A program made the position numbers and the translations under genes. This document shows, piece after piece, positions 35,352-46,047 of a DNA stretch of 64,000 nucleotides. The DNA comes from a virus (taxonomy: Duplodnaviria > Caudoviricetes): IMG/VR virus record IMGVR_UViG_3300020577_001581, positions 4,227 to 68,226 of that record. One strand, written 5' to 3'. The stretch's first letter is position 1, and each line of letters starts with the position of its first letter. The notes beneath the pieces were generated by a model. The model was not told where the DNA came from, made no database searches, and worked only from the letters and a program-made list of their open reading frames with translations.

Positions 35352-37052
35352 ATGGCTAAGTCACAAAAGATCAAAGAAGAGTTAGTAGAAACTCCTAAAC
35401 TAATTCTTGATCCTGTAGCAATTAATAACCAGCGATTGCTTAACGATCTTACAGTATTTGCAGAAGAACAAACGTTAACTAATACTAGTCCACGTTTCAA
35501 AAGCATGATACATGATATCATAGCTAACGTTACATCATTAAGAGAATATGCCTTACGTCGATCCATGTCAGGTGATCCAAGACGTGATATAGATGATGAA
35601 TGTGGATTAACAAAATCTCCTACTCCTCAATATCTGTTTGAGTTATTCCGTAGTAATCCATTTGCTAATAGAGCTGTAGAAGTACTCCCGAAAGAATCCT
35701 GGGAAGTACAACCTGATATTCATGAAGACAAAGATAATACTACGTTCACACAATTTGAACAGGCATTACTTGATTTAGATCAAGAGCTATCGCCTGAAAA
35801 ATCGTACTATGCAGAACAAAAAGGATCTAAGATATTTGAGATCTTAGAACGTCTAGATATTTTATCTCAAGCAGGTTCATATGGTGTATTATTCTTTGGT
35901 CTAGACGATGCTAATAATCTTGATCTTAGCAAACCTGTTAAAGTAAGTAAAGGTAGGAAGATAAACCTACGCTATCTTACAGTATTACCTGAAGCCTTTG
36001 CAATGATTACTAAATGGGATACTAATCAGCAATCACCTAGGTACGGTAAACCACTAGAATACTTATTAACGTTTAATGCTCCAGGTGCTACTAGCTCTAC
36101 ATCATATCTAGGACTAGGAACTAGTGCAATTAGTGTACATTATACACGTGTATTACATATAGCTCCTAACGTGTATTCGAATGAATCACTAGGTAATTCT
36201 ATCTTATACGCTATCTCACGTATTATAGAATCATTCCCTAAAATATTGTATGCAGGAGCAGAATCATATTATAAAGGTGGTTTTCCAGGTATAGCATTAG
36301 AGACACAACCTCAAGCAGCTGGAGTACCTGTTGACTGGAGTAAGATCAAAGATGAAGCTGAGAATTATATGAATGGGCTACAACGATATATTGGCCTTCA
36401 GAATATGACAGCTAAGACACTAGAACCTAACCTTACAGATCCTAGTCCGTATGTTAAAATACTAGTTGAAGCATTATGTGTATATCTTGCAATACCTGTA
36501 CGTATTTTCATGGGTAGTGAACGGGGACAACTAGCTTCTTCCCAGGATGATAGTACGTGGAATGATCGTAAGAAACACCGTCAACAGAAATATATAACAC
36601 CTAAAATCATTGTACCTTTTATCGACAAATGTATTAATTTGAATATACTACCTGTTCCTAAGAAGAGCTATTGTATAGAATGGCCTTCTGTTGAAACAGA
36701 AAACGCTCTAACAAAAGCACAAGTAGCACAGCTTATGACTCAAGCTATGTCTACATATGTTCAATCTGGTTTAAATACTTTGATTGATCCTATAACGTAC
36801 TTTACTACTGTATGGGGGTTTGATCAAGAAACTGCTCTATCAATACAAGAGCAATTGAATGACTATCAATTAGAAAATCCAGATGAATATGCTAATGATG
36901 ATGAATTAGATGATGCTAAAACTATTGATGATAAACAAGTTGATGATAAGTCAGACAAACAAAAAGGAGATAAACAGGATGTAAAAGATAAAGGAACTTT
37001 AAAAGGTAAGCCTAAATCAACTAATCCTAAGTCATCTAAAAAGGTTAAATAA
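35352..37052 (+). CDS. portal protein (DUF1073-type)
   Basis: First gene of head operon; A.RAVE..P.E.W, G...L.FG, IP.RI.MG.E.G.LAS..D...W. Confidence 0.8.
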   Translation: MAKSQKIKEELVETPKLILDPVAINNQRLLNDLTVFAEEQTLTNTSPRFKSMIHDIIANVTSLREYALRRSMSGDPRRDIDDECGLTKSPTPQYLFELFRSNPFANRAVEVLPKESWEVQPDIHEDKDNTTFTQFEQALLDLDQELSPEKSYYAEQKGSKIFEILERLDILSQAGSYGVLFFGLDDANNLDLSKPVKVSKGRKINLRYLTVLPEAFAMITKWDTNQQSPRYGKPLEYLLTFNAPGATSSTSYLGLGTSAISVHYTRVLHIAPNVYSNESLGNSILYAISRIIESFPKILYAGAESYYKGGFPGIALETQPQAAGVPVDWSKIKDEAENYMNGLQRYIGLQNMTAKTLEPNLTDPSPYVKILVEALCVYLAIPVRIFMGSERGQLASSQDDSTWNDRKKHRQQKYITPKIIVPFIDKCINLNILPVPKKSYCIEWPSVETENALTKAQVAQLMTQAMSTYVQSGLNTLIDPITYFTTVWGFDQETALSIQEQLNDYQLENPDEYANDDELDDAKTIDDKQVDDKSDKQKGDKQDVKDKGTLKGKPKSTNPKSSKKVK

Positions 37053-37288
37053 TGTCAAAAGTAAAAGATTTATTCTTTATTAAATGCAAGAATTGTAATA
37101 CTGGAACATTCGTTGATTCTAGCAAAGTATCATTGTGTGAAGGATGTAAGCATGCTAAGATTGTATGCAAACGATGCTTTAATAATAGGATAGGACCTTT
37201 TAAAGAACACAAACTCTTATCATTCTGTAGTAAATGTTATACTGAAGAATTAAAGAGGGAAAATGATCAAGCGTGTACAATCTATTGA
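37052..37288 (+). CDS. Cys-rich Zn-finger protein
   Basis: Four CxxC pairs. Confidence 0.6.
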   Translation: MSKVKDLFFIKCKNCNTGTFVDSSKVSLCEGCKHAKIVCKRCFNNRIGPFKEHKLLSFCSKCYTEELKRENDQACTIY

Positions 37289-38087
37289 TCCTTCTAGGAC
37301 AGCACTATTACGAGCTCACTTTAAACGTGAATTACTCAAACGAGTAAAAACTATTAAACTAGAGTTACGTAAGTTACTGTTAGAACGTGATATACTAGGC
37401 TTTAAACAGTCTATTACATTTAATAATGACTGGCTTGATACCAAAGTTAAACAAGTACAATCGTTATTAAGTTGGGTTAGACAGAAGTTCAAAGAAGCAT
37501 TATTAGGTTCAGAAGATAAATCATTGTGGGAACGTATTGTATCAGAAGCTTTTAAAAGAGGTATAGCTAGATCTTATGATGATTCTAGTAAAGTAATGAA
37601 AGGAGTTAGCAAGGAAGCTGATATTTATCAAGAAGGTAAACGAGAAGAATTCATAAGAAGTACGTTTGCTAGTAAAGCTGAGCAGGAAAAAGTTAAGTTA
37701 TTATCACAACGTGTTTATACTGATATAGAAGGAGTAAACGAAGCAACATCTGTAAAGTTAGCTAGGTCATTATCTGATGGGTTAGCTAAAGGTAAGACTA
37801 TTAACCAGATAGCTAATGATCTCTCTAAAGACATTACAGATATAAGTGAAGCTAGATTAACTCTTATTGCTCAAACTGAGATAATAAGAGCTCATGCAGA
37901 AGGTCAATTATCTGCACTAGAAAAGATGGGAGCAGATGAAGTAGGTATATTGGCTGAATGGACAGTAGGAAAAGGGAACGTATGTAGGAGATGTGAAACG
38001 TATGCAGGTAGGAAATTTACATTAGAAGCAGCTTCAGGTATGATACCTCTTCATCCCAGATGTAAGTGTATTTGGCGGATTATTTAA
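37263..38087 (+). CDS. minor head protein (Mu gpF/SPP1 gp7-like)
   Basis: IAQTE..RA..EG, C..C, P.HP.CKC. Confidence 0.85.
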   Translation: MIKRVQSIDPSRTALLRAHFKRELLKRVKTIKLELRKLLLERDILGFKQSITFNNDWLDTKVKQVQSLLSWVRQKFKEALLGSEDKSLWERIVSEAFKRGIARSYDDSSKVMKGVSKEADIYQEGKREEFIRSTFASKAEQEKVKLLSQRVYTDIEGVNEATSVKLARSLSDGLAKGKTINQIANDLSKDITDISEARLTLIAQTEIIRAHAEGQLSALEKMGADEVGILAEWTVGKGNVCRRCETYAGRKFTLEAASGMIPLHPRCKCIWRII

Positions 38088-38112
38088 TCACTATAAAAAA
38101 GGAGCATATGTT

Positions 38113-38388
38113 ATGTTGGATTGGCGTAATATACGTTTAAGTAATGCTAGTCGAGTACTTATGACAGTATTAGAAGATGGTAATAATCATACTAGGAAAG
38201 AACTACTAACTAAATTACGTGAACATAATAAAAACGTATCACTTAATCATCTTACTACATATTTATCTGCTACTAGATTAATTATTGAACCGCATGGTTA
38301 TAGTATTTTATTTACTAAACAATACAACTTAGGTTATTATAGACTAGTACGTCTGGTTAATTCTGCATCATCAAATAATCAAGAATAA
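38113..38388 (+). CDS. winged-helix-like protein
   Basis: L..G..H.R.EL...L...L..Y.S..R...GY.I...GYY.L. Confidence 0.55.
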   Translation: MLDWRNIRLSNASRVLMTVLEDGNNHTRKELLTKLREHNKNVSLNHLTTYLSATRLIIEPHGYSILFTKQYNLGYYRLVRLVNSASSNNQE

Positions 38389-38466
38389 CAATATGTTATC
38401 AAAAGGTCCTATCCTATAAAAATTGTCACATTTTGCCTTTCTATAGCTCTCCATACATCATAGTAT

Positions 38467-40251
38467 GTGATCATGAGAGCTAAACTCACTTTCACAAAAC
38501 GTAATTTCTTCGTTAATTCGTCTCCTCGTATTGAGAAGATGAATGGACGATCGTATTATGTTTTGCCTATGACAATTTTAAAAGAAGGTATACTAGCTGG
38601 CTCTCAAGGTCCTATATTCTATCCTGAGAAAGAGAATAAGAAATCTCCTCAAATCTGGAATGGTATGCCTTTAGTTGTATATCATCCTATGGTAGGAAAT
38701 AGGTACGTTAGTGCTAGAAATCCTGAGATACTTAATAAATATGGTATAGGATTCAATTTTAATACACAACATGATGATAATACTAAGAAGGTTGTATCTG
38801 AAGGCTGGTTCGATATTAAACGGGTACAACGTTTTGATAGTGTAATGTTAAAAGAAAATCCTACTTGGGATCCAATCCTTCCCAGGATTAAAACAGGGGA
38901 CAAGATAGAACTAAGTACAGGGTTATTTGCTAATAATATACCATCAGAAGGTCAAACATATAAAGGTAGAGGATATAAGTACGTAGCTAAAGATTATCGT
39001 CCTGATCATATTGCTATTTTACCTGATCAAACTGGAGCATGTAGTGTCCAGGATGGATGTGGAGTAAATAACACAAAACATAAGTACGATGAATATTATA
39101 CTTATGCCAAGTCATTACCATCTATAACTGCAAACAAACGAATAAGTAAACTTCTTCCACAACTAAAACAAAAGAAAGATAATAAAAAGTTTGCTACACT
39201 ATTAGGGTTATTAACTAACTCTACAATTATCTATAAAACTACCTTAGATAATACTGCTCATTTGATAGATAGTGAATTATATCAAACTGTAAGAGATTTT
39301 ATTAAGTCTTCAAAAGGAGGTAAGTTTACTTTTAATACAAACAGTACACTAGAAGATATAAATAGTGTATTCGTTAGACTAGCTATAGTAAATAAAGATG
39401 AAGAACCTCATTTGAATAGACTTTTACAAGCTTACTCCTCTATTATTCCTAAAAGGAAAAACGGTATGACTCGCGAACAAACTGTTAACTTTATTACTAC
39501 TAATTGTGATTGCTGGAAGAATCCTTCCGATAAAGCTGTATTGAATAAAATGTCTCCTGAAGGTTTAAAGAACCTGAAGAAAAGCATTGAAGAACGTATG
39601 AAGAAAGATAAGAAGTTTGATGCTATTGCAAATAAGTTCGAAGAAATTACTGATAATAAGCTTGAAGAACTTGAAGCAGATGATGCTTTTGATGTGTTAG
39701 CTAATGCTATGAAAGAAACTAACGAAGAAAAGAAGAACGATAAGAAGGGAGCAGCTGACTCATCTTCTGATAATCTTAAGGATAAAAAGAAAACTCCTGT
39801 TACAAATAAAAAGAAGTCTACTCCAGTAGTCAATGAAGACACTGAAGAAGATGAAGAAGTAGTTTCTAATAAAGGTGAGATGGTGCAAATTTCCAAAGAA
39901 GATTATAAGACGTTTATTCAGATTACTAATAGCTTCAAGAAAGAACAAGAAGCTAAGAAAATGAAGCTGATTCAAACTCTTATAGGCAATACTACAGGTA
40001 TTAGTAAGAAGGTCATTACTGAAAAGGTTACTAAGTACTCTAAGTATGACATTCCTACTCTTGAAGAAATGGTAGAACTTAAGGCTAATAGTGAGAAAGA
40101 ATCTTACTTTCCGAATGGTGGAGACGAAACAGACTTTATCAAACGAGCGACTAACTTTATTGGTGCTGCTGGAGCAGGTATTACTGGAAATAACGTCGCT
40201 ACGGATGAAGAACCGTTAGTTGCTCCTACTGTTAATTGGGCAGAAAAGTAA
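38467..40251 (+). CDS. prohead protease/scaffold (DUF2213-like)
   Basis: W.G.P....HP, ELSTG, PDHIAILPDQ.GAC; long charged C-terminal scaffold region. Confidence 0.8.
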   Translation: MIMRAKLTFTKRNFFVNSSPRIEKMNGRSYYVLPMTILKEGILAGSQGPIFYPEKENKKSPQIWNGMPLVVYHPMVGNRYVSARNPEILNKYGIGFNFNTQHDDNTKKVVSEGWFDIKRVQRFDSVMLKENPTWDPILPRIKTGDKIELSTGLFANNIPSEGQTYKGRGYKYVAKDYRPDHIAILPDQTGACSVQDGCGVNNTKHKYDEYYTYAKSLPSITANKRISKLLPQLKQKKDNKKFATLLGLLTNSTIIYKTTLDNTAHLIDSELYQTVRDFIKSSKGGKFTFNTNSTLEDINSVFVRLAIVNKDEEPHLNRLLQAYSSIIPKRKNGMTREQTVNFITTNCDCWKNPSDKAVLNKMSPEGLKNLKKSIEERMKKDKKFDAIANKFEEITDNKLEELEADDAFDVLANAMKETNEEKKNDKKGAADSSSDNLKDKKKTPVTNKKKSTPVVNEDTEEDEEVVSNKGEMVQISKEDYKTFIQITNSFKKEQEAKKMKLIQTLIGNTTGISKKVITEKVTKYSKYDIPTLEEMVELKANSEKESYFPNGGDETDFIKRATNFIGAAGAGITGNNVATDEEPLVAPTVNWAEK

Positions 40252-40405
40252 TACAAATAGGGGAACATTTGTTCTCCGATGGGAGCTCCGTAGTAGAATA
40301 GGTTGATGCTCCTACCTATAAACTACCTAAACTATATTCACTTATTCGTTTAGTCCCACGGTCAAAATTTTATTCTAACTATATTACATATAAAGGAAAT
40401 TACAT

Positions 40406-40900
40406 ATGGCTCGTGGTAATCAAATTATTGTGTCTTCGGGTATGTCTCCGAAGGGACATTATGAAACAGCTATCATCAGCGGTACTCCTAAACCAGGTAT
40501 GCTGCTTGAGTTAGTTCCGCAGACTGCTTTAGCAACCGGTCAAACTGTCGGATTAAATCAATATCGTGCAGCTTCACGGACTACAGGATCTAAAGGTCCT
40601 ATCATCATTTTAGATGTTGATGATTTGCAAGGTAAAGGTCCGACGGATGCATATGTGTCAGGTACTCCTGGACGTGTGTATTTCCCAGCTGCTGGTGAAG
40701 AGTTTAATCTGTTGTTAGGCGATGTGGCAGGTACTGCAGACGTTGTAAATGTCGGTGACTTGTTTGGTGTTTCAAATGCAGGAAAGTTAATTGCTAACTC
40801 TTCTTACACTGCAACACCTTTCCAAGCATTAGAACCAGTTTCCACAGCTCTAACTGCAGATACTTTGATTTATGTTAAGTATTTAGGTGATCAAGCGTAA
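40406..40900 (+). CDS. head decoration/cement protein
   Basis: Between scaffold and major capsid genes; small and beta-rich. Confidence 0.65.
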   Translation: MARGNQIIVSSGMSPKGHYETAIISGTPKPGMLLELVPQTALATGQTVGLNQYRAASRTTGSKGPIIILDVDDLQGKGPTDAYVSGTPGRVYFPAAGEEFNLLLGDVAGTADVVNVGDLFGVSNAGKLIANSSYTATPFQALEPVSTALTADTLIYVKYLGDQA

Positions 40901-40954
40901 TAAATTAACTTTTAATACTATATTTTACATAAACAATCTAAAGGAAAATAAACT

Positions 40955-42136
40955 ATGTTTTCTGATTATGTTTTAAATGGACAAGGTCACGGTCAAGTCG
41001 GTGAATATATGTCTCAATGTCGATTTGAGACTGGCTTGCTCCGACCATGGATTAGTGATAAAGACGGTAAAAAGTATGTCAGTATTCGTACTGGCCGCTG
41101 GACCGTTAATAAAGGTCAACGCGTTCAACTAATTGAGAATGTTCGTGTTAATCAATTAGGTGAAAAATATGACCTTGAATGTCCTGTTGCGAACAGTACT
41201 AGCCTACGTAAGGAACAATGGTTAGAACTTGATCAGATTGTTATTAAAGCTGCTCGTTTGCGTTTACGAGCATGGGCAGATCTTGCAGCCGGACCAGGTA
41301 CCTATAGTGGTTTCGATGGTATGGCCAAAACCATACTTGAACATGAAACCATGTCGGATCCTGGCGAAGCGATTATGGACATGGACGGAATGACTGAAGG
41401 CCGTTCTGATATGCCATTGTTCCAGCTGCAAGGCTTGCCTCTTCCTATCACTCACTCTAGCTTTTACTTTAGTCAGCGTAAGCTGTCTATTAGTCAAAAT
41501 GGCAATATGCCGTTAGATAGTGTGATGGCAGAAGCAGCTGGTCGCCGTATTGCTGAAATGATTGAAAAAGTAACTATTGGTGTTCAAACCGGGCTTACTT
41601 ATGGTGGTAACTCCACACAAGTTGGCGGTTATGGACGTAATAGCACGGTTTATGGATACACCAATTTCCCTAATCGTCTTATTAAAACTAATATGACAGC
41701 TCCTACAGGTTCTAATCCTGATGTTACTTTAGGAGACGTGTTAGCTGCTCGCGATCAATTGTATTACAATCGATTCTATGGTCCGTTTATGATTTACCAT
41801 AGTACAGATTGGGATAAATATCTTGATAATGACTATGCTCGTTTAGGTGGTAATAATCCTTCACAAAGCTTACGTCAACGTATTCGAGCGATTGATGGTA
41901 TTACTGACGTTCGCCGTCTGGATTACCTTGATCAATCTACTAATCCGTTTACTATGATTTTCGTTCAACAAACACCTGATGTTGCACGTGCAGTCATTGG
42001 AATGAACATTACTACCCTTCGCTGGCCTAGCATGGGTGGTATGCGTCAAAACTTTAAGACTATGTGTATCATGGTTCCCCAGCTGCGAGCAGATTACAAC
42101 AGCCGATGTGGTATTCTGCAAGCAACTACTGCGTAA
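40955..42136 (+). CDS. major capsid protein (HK97 fold, linocin/encapsulin-like)
   Basis: W..LD..V..AAR.RL...ADL, P.P.....F....R.L; position; high-expression codon usage. Confidence 0.85.
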   Translation: MFSDYVLNGQGHGQVGEYMSQCRFETGLLRPWISDKDGKKYVSIRTGRWTVNKGQRVQLIENVRVNQLGEKYDLECPVANSTSLRKEQWLELDQIVIKAARLRLRAWADLAAGPGTYSGFDGMAKTILEHETMSDPGEAIMDMDGMTEGRSDMPLFQLQGLPLPITHSSFYFSQRKLSISQNGNMPLDSVMAEAAGRRIAEMIEKVTIGVQTGLTYGGNSTQVGGYGRNSTVYGYTNFPNRLIKTNMTAPTGSNPDVTLGDVLAARDQLYYNRFYGPFMIYHSTDWDKYLDNDYARLGGNNPSQSLRQRIRAIDGITDVRRLDYLDQSTNPFTMIFVQQTPDVARAVIGMNITTLRWPSMGGMRQNFKTMCIMVPQLRADYNSRCGILQATTA

Positions 42137-42184
42137 TATTAACTAACCCCTATTTACTCTAACGTATTATCGCCTAAAAGGAGC

Positions 42185-42643
42185 ATGTATTTTATGCCTA
42201 AGTTCGAAAAAAATATGATATTCTTGTACAAAATCGGTGGTCCGATTGTACGACAAGATGGTCGAATGTTTGAAATGGGTGACAAGTTTGAAGATAACAT
42301 CGATTGGGTAGCACGATTTGGAGCTGATAAGTTCGATCGATTGCCTGATCGTACGAAGATACCTCCTGAAAATCGTTTAGGAGCTCCTGCACCGGTTAAG
42401 AAGATTGAACCTCTTCCACCCAGGAGCGGAGATTTGGACTATGAAGAAGATAATCAAATTAACAGTGATTTAGACTTTGATCCTGACGTAAAATCTACTC
42501 TAGAAGCAATGGATATTAACCAGCTTAAAGAGTATGGATTAAAAGATCTAAGCCTTAATCCTGAATTCATCAATAAATTCAAAACTAAGAAAGCATTACT
42601 TGAAGCTTTGTTAGTTGAAACTAATAAATCTGATATCGAATAA
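42185..42643 (+). CDS. head-associated protein with C-terminal HeH-like motif
   Basis: Follows capsid gene; L..M....LK......K.ALL.ALL. Confidence 0.55.
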   Translation: MYFMPKFEKNMIFLYKIGGPIVRQDGRMFEMGDKFEDNIDWVARFGADKFDRLPDRTKIPPENRLGAPAPVKKIEPLPPRSGDLDYEEDNQINSDLDFDPDVKSTLEAMDINQLKEYGLKDLSLNPEFINKFKTKKALLEALLVETNKSDIE

Positions 42644-42654
42644 TAAGGAATACA

Positions 42655-43083
42655 ATGGCTAGGACTACTCCTGACTCAGTAAAAAGCATATTAATGCTAG
42701 ATTATGATAGCAAGAGAAATCCTAGTCTTACTCCTTTTATTACTGCAGCTAACAATCTAACTAACGTAGTACAAACCTGGGCAGCAAAAGCTAACTTAGG
42801 ATTAGATAGTACAACCTTAACTACGATAGAAACTTGGTTAGCTGCTCATTTTTATTGTATGTCAGATCAACCATATGAATTACGTTCTACTAATGGAGCT
42901 ATGGGAAAGTTCCAAGGTAAAACAGATATGGGATTAAAAGCAACTAAGTATGGACAATCTGCTATTAATATGGACTGGTCTAATACTCTCAATGCAATTA
43001 ATGAAGGTAAGTTAGGTAATACTGGAATGACTTGGATAGGTAAACCTCCTTCCAGTCAAATACCTTATGAAGATAGATCATAA
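42655..43083 (+). CDS. head-tail adaptor
   Basis: Position; WLAAHF...T.YGQ.A...D. Confidence 0.7.
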   Translation: MARTTPDSVKSILMLDYDSKRNPSLTPFITAANNLTNVVQTWAAKANLGLDSTTLTTIETWLAAHFYCMSDQPYELRSTNGAMGKFQGKTDMGLKATKYGQSAINMDWSNTLNAINEGKLGNTGMTWIGKPPSSQIPYEDRS

Positions 43084-43104
43084 TTACTTTAGAGCATAAC
43101 AATC

Positions 43105-43488
43105 ATGCCTCCTTTTGAAGATAAAGACTTAGAAAGTTATGCTGTATTTTGGAATTATCTAGGAAAAGATAGAGAAGGTGAATTACTATTAGATAATGCA
43201 TGTGAAATACCTGTACGTTGGGTAGATAAGTTAGCTTTAAGCATAACTCCTCAAACTACAGTTATTCAATATGATGCAATAGTACATGTTGATGAATCAG
43301 TTAATATAGTTGCACAATCAGTTATCTGGAACGGACAATACGCTGATTTAGATTTAACTAGTACAAGTATGCAATTATATCAAGTATCTAAGATATCTTA
43401 TGCTACTGATTTAAAGGGACGAACAGGCAATAAGATATTAGGACTAATGCGTTATAAAGGTCAACTTCCTCCAGGAACTAGTACATAG
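43105..43488 (+). CDS. head closure protein
   Basis: Position and size; beta-rich. Confidence 0.6.
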   Translation: MPPFEDKDLESYAVFWNYLGKDREGELLLDNACEIPVRWVDKLALSITPQTTVIQYDAIVHVDESVNIVAQSVIWNGQYADLDLTSTSMQLYQVSKISYATDLKGRTGNKILGLMRYKGQLPPGTST

Positions 43489-43521
43489 GAACGGAAGTTA
43501 TGACAAACATAAAAGGAATTT

Positions 43522-43896
43522 ATGGCAACTACTAAACCAACAGTAAGTATAAATACTAGTGCTGTAATGAATGCACTAAAAACTAAAGTAGTAAGTATAA
43601 CTAAAACTAAAAAGATGAATATAGAAATGGGGTATGAGGCTCCTTATGCTGTTATACAACATGAAAATCTTCAATTTAATCACCCAAATGGTGGTCAAGC
43701 TAAATATCTAGAACAACCAGCACATGAGTATGCTAATGTAATGAGACAAATAATAGTTGATGGAGTAACAAAGAAAAAGAAAAGTTTGAATGATGCAACA
43801 CAGGATGCATTAATATTCTTACTTAAAAAGAGTCAAGAGTTAGTTCCTGTTGATACAGGCGAATTACGCGATAGTGCATATATTAAAGTGAACTAA
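43522..43896 (+). CDS. neck/tail-completion protein (HK97 gp10-like)
   Basis: GY.APYA..QHE, AKYLE.P, VPVDTG.LR.S. Confidence 0.7.
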   Translation: MATTKPTVSINTSAVMNALKTKVVSITKTKKMNIEMGYEAPYAVIQHENLQFNHPNGGQAKYLEQPAHEYANVMRQIIVDGVTKKKKSLNDATQDALIFLLKKSQELVPVDTGELRDSAYIKVN

Positions 43897-43897
43897 T

Positions 43898-44308
43898 ATG
43901 AATACTAAAATAAATGGTAGATTAGAATCAATATATAAAGGTGGTCCATTAAACATCTATATATCTGTATCTAATACACAAGCTTCACAAGCAGGAATAG
44001 ATTTTTTAAATAATCCTACAACTCTTGTACTAGATAAAGAAAATTTTAGAGTACAATTACCTTTTAATGTTGTAGGTACTGGAACTAACTATGCTAATGA
44101 ACATGCCTATTATGCTAATGATGGTACTAATCAATCAGTAGTATTTAATAGAGATGGTAATTGGACTAAAGACGATAACAATCTTCCAGCAGGTATTTAT
44201 GATATGTACTTTTATTTAAAAACAAATAATAACGATGATGCTTTAGTAATACCTGCAGGTAAATTAAATGTTTTAATGCCACAATATGGAACACCGTTAC
44301 AAGTGTAA
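43898..44308 (+). CDS. virion accessory protein (beta-rich)
   Basis: Precedes fibre genes; P.G.Y...F...G...V pattern. Confidence 0.5.
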   Translation: MNTKINGRLESIYKGGPLNIYISVSNTQASQAGIDFLNNPTTLVLDKENFRVQLPFNVVGTGTNYANEHAYYANDGTNQSVVFNRDGNWTKDDNNLPAGIYDMYFYLKTNNNDDALVIPAGKLNVLMPQYGTPLQV

Positions 44309-44314
44309 TTATAT

Positions 44315-44629
44315 ATGTCTACTTCTGTAATAAATTTTACTGTAGGAATAACTAATGGTACTGTTACAGTAAGTGTAGGCACTGGTCTTCAAGGTCCACC
44401 AGGTCCACAAGGTCCTGCAGGATCAGGTTCTGGTGATTTAAATTATGTACACAATCAAGCAATAGCTGCATCTACTTGGACAATAAATCATAATTTAAAT
44501 AAGTATCCATCTGTCACTATTATAGATAGTGCAGGAGATTATGTTTTTGGTTTACCTTCTTATACAAACACAAATACTTTAATTCTTACATTTAGTGCAG
44601 CATTCACTGGAATAGCTTATCTTAATTAA
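44315..44629 (+). CDS. small fibre-associated protein with short collagen-like repeat
   Basis: [13 protein letters not shown]; YVHNQ...S.WTI.HNL. Confidence 0.65.
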   Translation: MSTSVINFTVGITNGTVTVSVGTGLQGPPGPQGPAGSGSGDLNYVHNQAIAASTWTINHNLNKYPSVTIIDSAGDYVFGLPSYTNTNTLILTFSAAFTGIAYLN

Positions 44630-44640
44630 TAAGGAATATT

Positions 44641-46008
44641 ATGGCATCTCCTAAATTTTTATATCATGTAGACTTTGCAAAAAATGAAGTACAAAATGCT
44701 GTAATACAAAATTTAGCATCTGCTCCATCTAGTCCTGTTAAAGGTCAATTCTATTTTGATACTACTAGTAATCACTTATATGTTTATAACGGTTCTGGTT
44801 GGGAACAGGCTTCTGGTGGTGGTGGTTCAGGTACTGTAACATCAGTCAGTGTAACATCTGCAAACGGTTTTACAGGTACAGTAGCAAACGCAACTAGTAC
44901 TCCTGCAATCACATTAACAACTAGTATTACGGGTATATTAAAAGGTAATGGTACAGCTATTTCAGCTGCTACTAGTGGTACTGATTACGCTCCAGCTACT
45001 AGTGGAACATCTGCACTAAAGGGTAATGGTTCAGGTGGATTCTCTAACGCTACATTAAATGATGTAGGAGCAGCTACAGCAGCTTATAGTTTAAACAGTC
45101 AAAGGATTACTAATTTAGCTGATCCTACTTCCGCCCAGGATGCTGTTACAAAGAGTTATGTTGATGCTACTATACAAGGATTAAAACCTAAAGGTACAGC
45201 AACAGTAGCAACTTCAGGATTTCTTCCTACATGTACATATTCTAACGGTTCTAGCGGTGTAGGAGCTACATTAACGGGTAGTGCAAACGGTGTTTTAACT
45301 GTAAACGATTATAATGTATTACTTAATGATACAGTTTTAGTTAAAAATGAAATATCTTCTTTTAGAAATGGATTATATGTATGCACTACTGAAGGTACAG
45401 CAGGAGTACCATTTGTATTAACACGTTCTAATATAATGGATGTTACTACAGAATTTGTAGGAGCATTCATAGCAGTAGGAACGTCAGGTACTACAAATGC
45501 TAATAGTTTATGGTTATGTAGTAATACTACTGATCCTGTAATCGGTACAGATAGTATTACATTTTCACAATTAAATGGAGCAACACAATTAATAGCAAGT
45601 ACAGGTATTAATATTAGTGGTAACACTATATTAATTTCAACATCCTGGACTGGTCAAACTGCAATAACAACACTTGGAACAATCACAACAGGAACATGGA
45701 ACGGTACAACTATAGCTGTAGCTAATGGTGGTACTGGAGCAACCACGGCAGCAGCTGCTAGAACTAACTTAGGAGCTAAAGGTAGTTATACTGCATTAAT
45801 AGGCGATGGTACTAGTACAGCTATTGCAATCGCACAAGGTACACATGGTTTAGCATCAAACGGTAATCTTACTACTCAAATATTTGATGCTAGTACAGGT
45901 GATCAAGTACGTCCTGCTGTTAATATAAATAATAGTAACGGAACAGTTACATATACGTTTTCTGTTGCTCCTGCTAGTAATGCGTATCGTATTGTAATTC
46001 AAGGCTAA
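44641..46008 (+). CDS. tail/side fibre protein
   Basis: Gly/Thr/Ser-rich; [14 protein letters not shown]...DA.TK.YVD, GGTGA...AARTNLG fibre motifs. Confidence 0.75.
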   Translation: MASPKFLYHVDFAKNEVQNAVIQNLASAPSSPVKGQFYFDTTSNHLYVYNGSGWEQASGGGGSGTVTSVSVTSANGFTGTVANATSTPAITLTTSITGILKGNGTAISAATSGTDYAPATSGTSALKGNGSGGFSNATLNDVGAATAAYSLNSQRITNLADPTSAQDAVTKSYVDATIQGLKPKGTATVATSGFLPTCTYSNGSSGVGATLTGSANGVLTVNDYNVLLNDTVLVKNEISSFRNGLYVCTTEGTAGVPFVLTRSNIMDVTTEFVGAFIAVGTSGTTNANSLWLCSNTTDPVIGTDSITFSQLNGATQLIASTGINISGNTILISTSWTGQTAITTLGTITTGTWNGTTIAVANGGTGATTAAAARTNLGAKGSYTALIGDGTSTAIAIAQGTHGLASNGNLTTQIFDASTGDQVRPAVNINNSNGTVTYTFSVAPASNAYRIVIQG

Positions 46009-46047
46009 TACTAATTGCCATAATAAACAAATATGGATTAATATAAA

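Noticed and set aside
35352-37052. Anti-CBASS Acb1 call for the DUF1073-type protein
   Set aside because: Size, position at the head of the morphogenesis operon and lack of HxT phosphoesterase motifs indicate a portal protein
44390-44430. Collagen-like repeat as a major collagen fibre
   Set aside because: Only about four Gly-X-Y triplets; a common short linker in phage fibre proteins
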